Below, in pieces: positions 7,998 to 16,662 of a DNA stretch of 25,971 nt. Under the pieces are notes generated by a model. It saw nothing but the letters and a program-made list of their open reading frames with translations. It was not told the DNA's origin and made no database searches. The translations under genes and the position numbers were made by a program. This DNA is from a virus (lineage: Duplodnaviria > Caudoviricetes): positions 1 through 25,971 of IMG/VR virus record IMGVR_UViG_3300006029_000079, one strand, 5' to 3'. How positions within the stretch are numbered: the stretch's first letter is position 1; each line of letters begins with the position of its first letter.

Positions 7998-9221
7998 ATG
8001 GAAATAAGCAGGGTATTGCAACTGGTCCACGACCGAACAGGCAAAATAATAAAAAAATCAGACATTGGTTTAATTCAGTACAGGATAAGATGGAAAGGTA
8101 AAACGGTTTATATCTCAACAGGAATCCATGTAAAAAAAAATCAATGGGATAAAAGAACCCAAACCATCACAAAACATACTGAGGCAGACGAACTGAACGC
8201 AAGGTTTATCCAGAAGCGCAGGGAATTAAAAACCTATTTATATGATGATGACAACCGAAGTATTGAGCAGGTGAAAAACTTTGTAAAGGGTCACACTTCC
8301 AGACTAGCAGATTATTTAGACAATTACCTATCTTCTATTAAGAATAAAAGAGCAGCATCAACCGTAACAAATTACGATATTACAATTAGGAAAATAAAAA
8401 AATGGAGACCAGGAGCGACTTTGAAAGAAGTTGACCGAACATTTGTAAAAGCATTTGAAAAGCATTTATTTAGCCTAACAGCAGAAAAAAAGACCACTAC
8501 CCTATCAAGGGGGACCATTAGCCGAATTATGTCAGAGTTTAAAACTATGATTACTGAGGCAGTAGAAGATGAATTGATAGAAAAAGACCCCTTTAGGAAA
8601 TACGACAAAATCAAGATTAAGAATAAGGACAGGAAGAAAGCCCCCCTGTTGACTGACATGGATATTGAAAGACTAGAAAAGTTAATCTTAGTTGAAGAAA
8701 ATGAAAAGCTGGAAAAATTCAAAGAGGTTTTTTTATTTTCCTGTTTTACTTTCCTACCTTTTGCAGACCTCAAATCTTTAAGGGTTTCACATGTATCAAA
8801 AAAAATAGAAGAGTTCAAAGGAACTGAACAGCAGGTTATAAGGATAAGAAAAACAAGGGTAAAAAGTGACCGATTTGGGAAAGAATTTTTTCTGCCACTC
8901 ACTAAAATGCCAACAGGACCAAAAGCAATTCCTATCCTACTAAAACACATGAAGGGAAAAAGCAGCACAGCATTAATTTTCCCTTTTGTCAGTCACCTAG
9001 AAACCTATCACAGGGCATTAAGGAAAATAGCAATAAAGGCAGGGGTTTCAGTAGTGCCTACCTCACATTCAGGCAGACAATATTGTAGCAAATGGTATAA
9101 GCACTATACCAGACTGACAAACGATGAAATAGGCAAAATGAGTTGTCAAAGCTCCAAGGTAGTTGCTACCTATGCAGGGAATGAAAACAACAGATTAGAA
9201 TATGCTTTAGAACAAATGTAG
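7998..9221 (+). CDS. Tyrosine recombinase/integrase (Bacteroidetes type: arm-binding + SAM-like + catalytic domain) with atypical active site
   Basis: IQYRIRWKGKTVYISTGIHV....WD arm domain; STVTNY, F..HL, AVEDELIEKDPF core-binding domain; FLFSCFTFLPFADL, RVKS, SHSGR and ATYA boxes. Confidence 0.88.
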   Translation: MEISRVLQLVHDRTGKIIKKSDIGLIQYRIRWKGKTVYISTGIHVKKNQWDKRTQTITKHTEADELNARFIQKRRELKTYLYDDDNRSIEQVKNFVKGHTSRLADYLDNYLSSIKNKRAASTVTNYDITIRKIKKWRPGATLKEVDRTFVKAFEKHLFSLTAEKKTTTLSRGTISRIMSEFKTMITEAVEDELIEKDPFRKYDKIKIKNKDRKKAPLLTDMDIERLEKLILVEENEKLEKFKEVFLFSCFTFLPFADLKSLRVSHVSKKIEEFKGTEQQVIRIRKTRVKSDRFGKEFFLPLTKMPTGPKAIPILLKHMKGKSSTALIFPFVSHLETYHRALRKIAIKAGVSVVPTSHSGRQYCSKWYKHYTRLTNDEIGKMSCQSSKVVATYAGNENNRLEYALEQM

Positions 9222-9241
9222 ATGATTACTTAATTAATCCT

Positions 9242-9544
9242 TTGATTTGTTCTTACATAAGCCATTTATTAAGTGACCAGGTATGTTTTCAAAATACTGA
9301 TAAGCCCCCCTTTATTTTTGAAGCGTTAATAGATATATATACCCTTAAATTTATTATTAGTATTGACAATGAGAGGTTACTAATTGAGTTAAACGGAAAA
9401 CCAGAAATAAAAATGAATTTAAAGGGGTTTCATAACATACAATTAATTGGGGTATCTCAAAGCACAGTACACAATAGTTTTTTTTTACGTGCGCACACAT
9501 ACAAAGTATCTACACACGAATTGTGCTTATATCTCAATAGTTGA
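9242..9544 (+). CDS. Hypothetical protein (start uncertain)
   Basis: 100-codon ORF filling the gap after the recombinase; only TTG/ATA/ATT starts are available near its 5' end. Confidence 0.4.
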   Translation: MICSYISHLLSDQVCFQNTDKPPFIFEALIDIYTLKFIISIDNERLLIELNGKPEIKMNLKGFHNIQLIGVSQSTVHNSFFLRAHTYKVSTHELCLYLNS

Positions 9545-9567
9545 ACAAAATATAGAAAATACTTTAA

Positions 9568-9816
9568 ATGAAAATAACAGAAAATTGTAAGCCTATGACA
9601 TTTGAGCAGTTAGCTAAATATGAAGCTCAAAAAAAGGAAAACGAAAGGATTTTAAAAAAGTTAAGAGGTAGTTTAAAAGAAGGTATGCACACTTATACTT
9701 TAGAGGGTTATACATACACTATTTGGGGTTGGCATAGTTTTTATAACTGGAAAGAATATCTAATTTGTGGAAAAGAAAAAACTGAATCAAAAAATGAAAA
9801 TCTGGAAAAACTATAA
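9568..9816 (+). CDS. Hypothetical protein
   Basis: ATG after an AT-rich leader; operon packing. Confidence 0.6.
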   Translation: MKITENCKPMTFEQLAKYEAQKKENERILKKLRGSLKEGMHTYTLEGYTYTIWGWHSFYNWKEYLICGKEKTESKNENLEKL

Positions 9817-9997
9817 AACAAAGGCAGCTTTCCTGCCAATGGCAAAAACTCGCAACTGCTTTATGGTTTGTTTTCATTGTGAAAGGTTATGGCAGCGAAT
9901 ACAAACCGAATGGGTTCACATGATAACCACCGAAAAAGGTAAAAATTTCTTTGTTTGTGATGGTTGCAGGGATAAAATTAATAACGAACAAAAATAA
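9794..9997 (+). CDS. Small zinc-finger-like protein
   Basis: CFHC...CDGC pairs; ATG at 9794. Confidence 0.6.
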   Translation: MKIWKNYKTKAAFLPMAKTRNCFMVCFHCERLWQRIQTEWVHMITTEKGKNFFVCDGCRDKINNEQK

Positions 9998-10002
9998 AAA
10001 CT

Positions 10003-10605
10003 ATGTCAAAAATTCAAGATGTAAACTTTCCAACTATCACTACCCTATTAGTTGAGGTAAAGGCGCTAAGAATAGGAAAAAAGCAATGTACTATATCAGT
10101 TTTTAAACAATTAGAAAGCCTTTATTTTAGTAAAGATACTATAGTTGATAAGATGGAAGTTTGGGGCTATGTAAAATATAAAGAGGATGACTATTATATT
10201 ATTTCCCTTGACGGTAGCTTACATAAAATAATTGACGATAAGATAGATAGGCACTATATAGAACGGGCTGAATTTATTAAAAGGTCAATTGAATTTCATA
10301 AAAGTAAATTTTACGCTGCTATTGAGCAATATATAAAAAAAGAATCAAGCGCAGAATATTTAAGCGACCTAGAAAACGACTATGAAAATATTGTCAGGGC
10401 AGTAGCTAATAGGTTAGGTTATGAAATAGGGGCTAGTGTCCATCAAATGGAGATAACCGCAAACAATGCAGATTCTATAAAAAAATTATCAGAACTTAGT
10501 CTACAATGGGAAAAAGACGCAATTGACAAATATTTAAAAAGGTTGCCCCTTCAGGAATTTATTGAAAAATGCCAAGATTCAGAACAGCTTTTTATTGCAG
10601 TTTAA
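10003..10605 (+). CDS. Hypothetical phage protein
   Basis: 200-aa ORF; VEVKALRIGKKQCTISVFKQL N-terminus and QLFIAV C-terminus resemble a recurrent phage protein family. Confidence 0.75.
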   Translation: MSKIQDVNFPTITTLLVEVKALRIGKKQCTISVFKQLESLYFSKDTIVDKMEVWGYVKYKEDDYYIISLDGSLHKIIDDKIDRHYIERAEFIKRSIEFHKSKFYAAIEQYIKKESSAEYLSDLENDYENIVRAVANRLGYEIGASVHQMEITANNADSIKKLSELSLQWEKDAIDKYLKRLPLQEFIEKCQDSEQLFIAV

Positions 10606-10615
10606 AATAAACACC

Positions 10616-10670
10616 CCCTACCCTATCCAAACAATAAATTTGACTAACAACCAACTTTAAACTATTTTTG
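10616..10670 (+). promoter_or_regulatory. Bacteroidetes sigma70-type promoter of the packaging operon with an upstream CCCTACC box
   Basis: TTTG 10639-10642, 20-nt spacer, TATTTTTG 10663-10670 (TAnnTTTG); CCCTACC 10616-10622. Confidence 0.7.
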
Positions 10671-10725
10671 TTAGTATGAAACGACCTATTGAAGTACAAG
10701 AAATTGAATTTTATAAATAATAATT

Positions 10726-10827
10726 ATGGAAAATTTCAGCCCTGAAGAAATCAACACAATAAAGATTTTAGTAGTTTTCCTAGTCCTTTGGAGCTTTTGG
10801 AAAGCTTATGAACATCTTAAAAATTGA
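10726..10827 (+). CDS. 33-aa single-helix membrane peptide
   Basis: MENFSPEEINTIKILVVFLVLWSFWKAYEHLKN*; stop lies 4 nt before the terS ATG. Confidence 0.55.
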   Translation: MENFSPEEINTIKILVVFLVLWSFWKAYEHLKN

Positions 10828-10831
10828 AAGC

Positions 10832-11341
10832 ATGGCAGCAGCAAAAGGAAATAAATATGCAGTAGGGGCAAACAATGGTAGACCCCCAAAATATAAAACA
10901 CTCAGACAATTAACAGTCAGATGTGATGAATATTTTAAACACATTGAAGGGGAAAGCCACCAAGAAAAACAAACAATTAAAGACCCTAAAACGAATGCAC
11001 AAAAAGAGATTGATATTGAAGTTTGGGACAGACAACCAGAACCCCCTACTATCACAGGGTTAACCCTTTTTTTAGGTTTTGCTGATAAATCAAGCCTTTA
11101 CGACTATAGAGATAAGCAAGTTTTTTCCCACCCTATAAAAAGAGCAATCACATTAATTGAGCATCACCACGAAAAAGGATTAGCTAACAAAAATTCAACA
11201 GGTCACATCTTTGCTTTGAAAAATAGAGGTTGGAGCGACAAAATAGAGGTTGAATCAACCACACAAAGCACAGTAAACATCACCCACCAGGAGGACATTA
11301 TAACAACGCCTGAAGATGAAATAAGCGACACTTTAGAATAA
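10832..11341 (+). CDS. terS: Terminase small subunit (P22 gp3-like DNA-packaging protein)
   Basis: MAAAKGNKYA..NNGRPPKY, PTITGLTLFLGF....LYDY and IFALKNRGWSDK motifs; directly upstream of terL. Confidence 0.85.
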   Translation: MAAAKGNKYAVGANNGRPPKYKTLRQLTVRCDEYFKHIEGESHQEKQTIKDPKTNAQKEIDIEVWDRQPEPPTITGLTLFLGFADKSSLYDYRDKQVFSHPIKRAITLIEHHHEKGLANKNSTGHIFALKNRGWSDKIEVESTTQSTVNITHQEDIITTPEDEISDTLE

Positions 11342-11345
11342 TGAA

Positions 11346-12530
11346 ATGATTCACAATAAGACAAAAGTAGTATATTCAACCCTGAGAGGCTTAGGCAAAG
11401 GCTATGATATTATTGCCCAACAGGGGGGGACCTATTCAGGCAAAACTTTTGGCGTATTGGTTGCCCTTGCTTTGTTTATGCGAAGGACTAAACAAACATT
11501 AAAACTAAGGGTAATTGGTCAAACCAGAGAGCATTTGCAGGATGGTGCTTATGAAGATTTTGTAAACATAATAGAAGAGATTGGGGGCGTTAAAAAACAC
11601 CAAGAACAAGCAAAAAAATTCTGGATTGGCAATTGTACAATCAAATTCCTGTCAGTCGATAAGATAGGAAAAGCCAAAGGACCTAAATTTGATATAACCT
11701 TTATTAATGAATGCAATTATTTAGCCTACCCTATTGCTAGGCAATTAATGCTTAGAACAAACATCTGCACAATTTTAGACTGGAATCCAGTTGGCCACTT
11801 TTGGTATCATAATAAAATAATCTTAGACACTCAAAAGAAAATATTATACAAGCGTTCTACCTACAAAGACAATCCAGCAGTACCAGAAAAAGTTGCTAGA
11901 GATATTGAAAGTTTAAAGATTACAGACCCCCAATTATACAGGGTCTATGCTTTAGGTTTAACAGGTACAATAAAAGGCTTAGTGTTTACAAAAATTGCCT
12001 ATGTTGACAATTTCCCACCACATTGCAAAAAGCTTGGATATGGTTTAGATTTTGGTTTCACTAATGACCCTACTTGCTTAGTCAAAATTGGCGAACTACA
12101 CGGGGAATTGTACATGCAGGAGCTTATCTATCAAACAGGGCTTACAAATCCTGAAATAGTCAAAGAAATGAAAGCCCTTGGAGTGCCAAAAATGGCAGAA
12201 ATTTGGGCAGACCAGGCAGAACCAAAAAGCATAAAAGAAATTAATAACCTAGGTTACAGAAGATGCAAGGGGGCAAAAAAAGGTAAAGATTCAGTCAATC
12301 ATGGAATCCAACTTTTGCAGCAATATAAAAAGAACATTGTTAATCCTTCCCTCAACGCCAAAAAAGAGGCAAGCAATTATAAATGGAAAGAAAATAAAGA
12401 CGGTGAAGCCCTCAACATTCCAGTTGACAAATTTAATCACTTTTGGGATGCTTCCAGATACTACGGAATTATGAAATTGAAGTTAAGATGGAAACGTAGT
12501 GGCATTTCTAGTGGTAACGCACCTTATTAA
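11346..12530 (+). CDS. terL: Terminase large subunit (PBSX/SPP1-like)
   Basis: Walker A QGGTYSGKT, Walker B FINE, DWNP coupling motif, STYKDNP, nuclease GLDFGFTND...WADQAEP...NHFWDASRY. Confidence 0.95.
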   Translation: MIHNKTKVVYSTLRGLGKGYDIIAQQGGTYSGKTFGVLVALALFMRRTKQTLKLRVIGQTREHLQDGAYEDFVNIIEEIGGVKKHQEQAKKFWIGNCTIKFLSVDKIGKAKGPKFDITFINECNYLAYPIARQLMLRTNICTILDWNPVGHFWYHNKIILDTQKKILYKRSTYKDNPAVPEKVARDIESLKITDPQLYRVYALGLTGTIKGLVFTKIAYVDNFPPHCKKLGYGLDFGFTNDPTCLVKIGELHGELYMQELIYQTGLTNPEIVKEMKALGVPKMAEIWADQAEPKSIKEINNLGYRRCKGAKKGKDSVNHGIQLLQQYKKNIVNPSLNAKKEASNYKWKENKDGEALNIPVDKFNHFWDASRYYGIMKLKLRWKRSGISSGNAPY

Positions 12531-12658
12531 ACTACCTACCTACCCTAAATAGGGTAATTTTGAAGCGATAACAGAAGGGTTGACCGTAAAGGAATTACTT
12601 GCAGCAATCGAATTAATAAGACAGTTAAAGCTATAAGCTTATAAATAAAACTTAGCCC

Positions 12659-12694
12659 AAAAAGCCTTACTTAAATTAATAAGTAAGGCTTTTT
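12659..12694. terminator. Bidirectional intrinsic terminator
   Basis: AAAAAGCCTTACTTA-AATTAA-TAAGTAAGGCTTTTT perfect inverted repeat with A and T tails. Confidence 0.8.
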
Positions 12695-12702
12695 CATGCC
12701 CA

Positions 12703-12756
12703 CCCTACCATTTTTTGTATCAAATTTGCATTATTAAACACAATACATTAGTTTTG
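12703..12756 (+). promoter_or_regulatory. Bacteroidetes sigma70-type promoter of the structural operon with an upstream CCCTACC box
   Basis: TTTG 12725-12728, 20-nt spacer, TAGTTTTG 12749-12756; CCCTACC 12703-12709. Confidence 0.7.
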
Positions 12757-12765
12757 TAGTATCAA

Positions 12766-12784
12766 AATGCAACAATGTTGCATT
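12766..12784. promoter_or_regulatory. Palindromic operator-like site just downstream of the structural promoter
   Basis: AATGCAACA-A-TGTTGCATT, perfect 9-bp arms. Confidence 0.5.
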
Positions 12785-12840
12785 AAAACATTAAAAAACT
12801 TACCTTCAAGCGCCAAAGAGGGAGCTAAAAACATCAAAAA

Positions 12841-13500
12841 ATGTTATTTTCTCTTTTATGCGGATGTACAACTGGCGCTGCAATTCCTTCCTTAACGGCT
12901 ACCACTACCAGACAGAATTTTGGCGAAGTGGTAAAAGTCATTTTTCAAAGACGATTAGATGGGGCAACTCTAAATGAATTTGTGATAGGTACAACAGACC
13001 CCAAATTAAAGGGCAGTTGGACTACCCTAAAAGCTGCTAGTGATGGTACAAAAGCGATCTTTTCACCTTATACAGAAGGCTATGAGGGAGCAGCAGGTAG
13101 TGCAATCAAATTTGGTGGCACAGGGCAAACAACAGGAGGCATACAAAGAGTTGTAGGCAAAGAACCTACACAAGTAAAAGGAACTTTCTTTGGAGCTTGG
13201 CAATCAACTATTCGTGAATTAGATGGAATTAGTTGTGAAGATCTTACGGTTTTTCTAGTAAATGAATGTGGACATATTGCAGGGGTTTCAGATGACCCAA
13301 CCAACCCAACGACTTTCAAGGGCTTTCCTATTGCAATTCAATCTTTATTTATTGCTGACAAAACACACGGCAAACAGGCAGAAGATGATGCAAACGCCTT
13401 TGAATGGACTTTTAAACCAAACTGGTCTAAATATTTTACGGTTTTAGCGCCAACGGATTTCAACCCTGTTGATGATGCTGACCTGAACACAATCGCATAA
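12841..13500 (+). CDS. Major structural protein, probably tail tube
   Basis: NFG.V.KVIFQR...SWT.L.AA.D.TK...SPY...FGG...T.GG....G.EPT...I.SLFI.DKT.G...W.F.PNWS matches, from recall, a major virion protein of Bacteroides B40-8/B124-14-like phages; the tail-tube role is inference. Confidence 0.65.
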   Translation: MLFSLLCGCTTGAAIPSLTATTTRQNFGEVVKVIFQRRLDGATLNEFVIGTTDPKLKGSWTTLKAASDGTKAIFSPYTEGYEGAAGSAIKFGGTGQTTGGIQRVVGKEPTQVKGTFFGAWQSTIRELDGISCEDLTVFLVNECGHIAGVSDDPTNPTTFKGFPIAIQSLFIADKTHGKQAEDDANAFEWTFKPNWSKYFTVLAPTDFNPVDDADLNTIA

Positions 13501-13502
13501 TT

Positions 13503-13715
13503 ATGACTAAGGTTTTATTATATCATCCAGCTATTGCAGCAGATGGCAAAGAGTTTGACCGCAACCATGCTGACAGACTTTTAGCTATGACTGACAACGG
13601 TGGATGGTACGAAAAGGAAAAAACAGAAAATCCAGACAATGTCACTAACGGTCCAGCAAATACAGGAAAGACTAAAAGAGCCAAAGCACCAAAGGGTGCT
13701 AAAGGCCGCAATTAG
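13503..13715 (+). CDS. Small conserved structural-module protein
   Basis: HADRLLAM..NGGW motif recalled from the same phage group; overlaps the portal start. Confidence 0.65.
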   Translation: MTKVLLYHPAIAADGKEFDRNHADRLLAMTDNGGWYEKEKTENPDNVTNGPANTGKTKRAKAPKGAKGRN

Positions 13716-15411
13716 TCACGAAAGGAAAGTTAGGTTTCATACCCAAACGACCCTTACAATGCACGACCAAACGGTTTCAGCAAACCCTTTTCTGGATTGG
13801 GTAAAGAAGCTAATTCCTTTTGATAAATTTCAGCTTTTCCTTTCCATGTTTAAGTTACCAGTCGAAACGGTAACGCTAACAGGGGAGATATTTGACGTAC
13901 TTGACAAAATTTTTGATGGTCAGGATTCAGCAGATAATCTGCAATTTGCCAGCAGGGAACTTTTAGAAGATGCAAACAACCATTTAGAGCAGACCGAATT
14001 TAAAAAAGATTGGCGTAAAAGGTCAATGAATGCTTTTAAGACTAGGTTCAATTCTATAATGATTGTTGACCTACCAACAGAGCAAACGACCGAAAGACCA
14101 GAACCCTATTATTATTTTTTACCCCTTGAAAGAGTGATTGATTTTGAGTCAAAAGGGGAATCAATAAACTGGTTAATTTTTGATATTAACGAAAGCACAT
14201 TAGCTGTTTTAGATAATACAAGCTACAGGATTTTTCAAAAAGTTGAAAAGTCTAAAGATGAAATAAGCCAGATACCAATTTCAGACAATGCACATAATTT
14301 AGGTTATTGCCCTGCTAATTGGTTTTTGTCCGACCCCGTAAATAGTTCAGCGCCGCAGATTAAAAAAAGCGTATTGACTGACTATTTAGCGAGCCTTGAC
14401 AAATATTTATTTTTCCTTATTTCTAAGCATGTTTTTGACATGTACGCCCCTTACCCTCTTATATGGGTATTTGATGAAGATTGTGATTATTCAAGACAGA
14501 TTGAAAGGGGAGAAGGTCTAGCAGAATGTAAAAAGGGATTTTTGGTAAATGAATCAAATATTAGTTTACTTGATTCTGGAGGCTACCCTCAACAATGCCC
14601 ACTATGTCAAAAAAGACGATTGACAGGCGCAGGGGGTATTATAAAAGTGCCAACCCCTGAACAAGCAGACGGGGCAAATTTACGGCAACCAATGGGGATA
14701 GTTGAGATGGGAACAAATCAACTAAATTACACGGTTGAAGAGTGCGAAAGAAGAAAAGTAGCAATTTTTGAGGGAGTGACAGGAAACATCTTAGACACTT
14801 CAAAAGAGGCTATTAACGAAAAACAAGTGATGTCACTTTTTGAAAGCAGAAAGGCAGTATTATTGAAAGTTAAGGGCAGCTTTGAACGCTCCGAAAAATG
14901 GCTATTAAACACTATTTTCAAATTAAGGTATGACAGCCTATTTATTGATTGTAGTGTAAATTATGGCAGCGAGTTCTTTTTATATGATGCATCTACCCTC
15001 TTAGGGTTCTATGAATCTGCCAGAGCAGCCCAATTGGACAGCATCACATTAGACTTTTTACAAGAGCAATACTTTGCAACCAGGTACAAGAACAACAGGG
15101 AACAATTTGCAAGGGTTCAAATCATATTAAACTTAGACCCCTTTAGACATTTGAGCGCCTCACAGGTGCAAATCATGTACGAAAAAGGTCACATTGAATA
15201 CAGCGATTATATTTTAAAAGTCAACTTTTCTAGCTTATTACAAAAATTTGAAAGAGAAAATATACTAGTAACTGAATTTGGAAAAGATTTGATTTTCAAT
15301 AAACGGATTGAAATAATTAAAACAAGCTTAGAAAGCTACATTATTAAACCAGCCCTAGAAATAGAGAGGGCGCAATCAATTTCAAATGGCATCCACAACA
15401 CCACCAACTAA
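13639..15411 (+). CDS. Portal protein
   Basis: About 590 aa, positioned before scaffold and capsid; N-terminus I...L.EP.....AI.H...RFH recalled from B40-8-like portals; ATG at 13639. Confidence 0.75.
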   Translation: MSLTVQQIQERLKEPKHQRVLKAAISHERKVRFHTQTTLTMHDQTVSANPFLDWVKKLIPFDKFQLFLSMFKLPVETVTLTGEIFDVLDKIFDGQDSADNLQFASRELLEDANNHLEQTEFKKDWRKRSMNAFKTRFNSIMIVDLPTEQTTERPEPYYYFLPLERVIDFESKGESINWLIFDINESTLAVLDNTSYRIFQKVEKSKDEISQIPISDNAHNLGYCPANWFLSDPVNSSAPQIKKSVLTDYLASLDKYLFFLISKHVFDMYAPYPLIWVFDEDCDYSRQIERGEGLAECKKGFLVNESNISLLDSGGYPQQCPLCQKRRLTGAGGIIKVPTPEQADGANLRQPMGIVEMGTNQLNYTVEECERRKVAIFEGVTGNILDTSKEAINEKQVMSLFESRKAVLLKVKGSFERSEKWLLNTIFKLRYDSLFIDCSVNYGSEFFLYDASTLLGFYESARAAQLDSITLDFLQEQYFATRYKNNREQFARVQIILNLDPFRHLSASQVQIMYEKGHIEYSDYILKVNFSSLLQKFERENILVTEFGKDLIFNKRIEIIKTSLESYIIKPALEIERAQSISNGIHNTTN

Positions 15412-15673
15412 GAAAACGACTACAGCGAAATATGAAGTTTTGAAAGGTGAAGAGAAAACAGTAGTTGCAATTGTCGAAAGAAGAGAACGTGACCCCGACA
15501 CGGGCGAAAAGATTTCAAAACCTTTCACCTACAAGGCAGATAGTCGAATGTGGTCAATTTTCCTGAAAAATAGAGCTAGTCAGGGTTTGAAAGTTAACCA
15601 AATTTTGCACCTGCCAAAAGGAGCAAAAAACATGCAGCCAGATCCAGACAAAGGGTGGTCCACGATTAAGTAA
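15386..15673 (+). CDS. Hypothetical head-module protein
   Basis: DPDTGEKISKP motif; lies between portal and scaffold. Confidence 0.7.
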   Translation: MASTTPPTKKTTTAKYEVLKGEEKTVVAIVERRERDPDTGEKISKPFTYKADSRMWSIFLKNRASQGLKVNQILHLPKGAKNMQPDPDKGWSTIK

Positions 15674-15717
15674 TAATAAATCATTTTTTTATAACACATA
15701 AATTAAGCGTAAAGTTT

Positions 15718-16662
15718 ATGGCATTAACAGCAGAAGTCTTAAAACAACAGGAAGTCTTAAAGAGCCTAACAGATGACCAATTAACAGCAATTTCCAACCT
15801 TTCCAAAAACGATGAAACAACCGTGATAGGAAAAGAGATGGGAACAATTCTAGGAAGTATTGATTCAGTCATTTTAGAACTGACTGGAAAAAATAAACCA
15901 CACGGCATGAAAACCAGCGATTTTGTGAAAACAGAATTAAGCAGTTTAAAAGCAGCAGGAAACAGCAGCGAACTAATAACGAAATTAAACAGACTACAGC
16001 AGGAAAAAGCAGACTTAGAAAACCAAATAGCAAACGGTTCATTAGATACAGCATTAAAGGGGAAAGTTTCAAGTTTAGAACAACAGTTACTAGATAGAAC
16101 TACCTCTATCGAGCAGTTACAAACGAAGCTGAACAGCGAAAAAGAAAAGTACCAAAGCGATTTAGAGGGCTTGAAATGGCAAGCAGAATTTGGACAAGCC
16201 TTAAACGGCTTCGCTTATAAGTCAGAAGATATTATCCCAAAGGCTTTGAGAGATTCGCACCTGTTGAGCGTAAAACAGGCAGTAAAAGGAAGGGTGAAAA
16301 TGGATTTTGTTGACCAAGGTGGAGTAAAGAAAACAGTTTACCGCAATGAAGATGGGATTTTGATAACATCACCAAACGACCCAAGCCAGCCAGCTAGTTT
16401 GCTGGAAATTATGACCCCAGACATAGCGCCAATCATGGCAACAGGCCACACGGCAGCAGGAGCAGGAACACAAGCAGCAGGAGCAGGAAAAGGGGCAGCA
16501 GGTAGTATAAGCATTTCAGGGGCAAAAACGAAAGTAGAAGCCACCGCAATGATTGAAAAGCAATTAGCTACCCAAGGAATTGCCAGAAATACAGCCGAAT
16601 ATCAAACAAAATTAAAGGAAGCTTATAGTCAAAATGATATAGCTGCCTTACCATTAATATAA
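15718..16662 (+). CDS. Capsid scaffolding protein
   Basis: Long coiled coil, Gly/Ala-rich linker near the C-terminus, immediately upstream of the capsid gene. Confidence 0.7.
   Translation: MALTAEVLKQQEVLKSLTDDQLTAISNLSKNDETTVIGKEMGTILGSIDSVILELTGKNKPHGMKTSDFVKTELSSLKAAGNSSELITKLNRLQQEKADLENQIANGSLDTALKGKVSSLEQQLLDRTTSIEQLQTKLNSEKEKYQSDLEGLKWQAEFGQALNGFAYKSEDIIPKALRDSHLLSVKQAVKGRVKMDFVDQGGVKKTVYRNEDGILITSPNDPSQPASLLEIMTPDIAPIMATGHTAAGAGTQAAGAGKGAAGSISISGAKTKVEATAMIEKQLATQGIARNTAEYQTKLKEAYSQNDIAALPLI

Noticed and set aside
5954-9221. Diversity-generating retroelement or retron
   Set aside because: No reverse transcriptase motifs in the window, no TR/VR pair, and the variation is not adenine-specific
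12499-12636. TAG stop-codon reassignment as in some Bacteroidota phages
   Set aside because: All long genes are intact in the standard code, and TAG terminates genes plausibly (3798-3800, 9219-9221)
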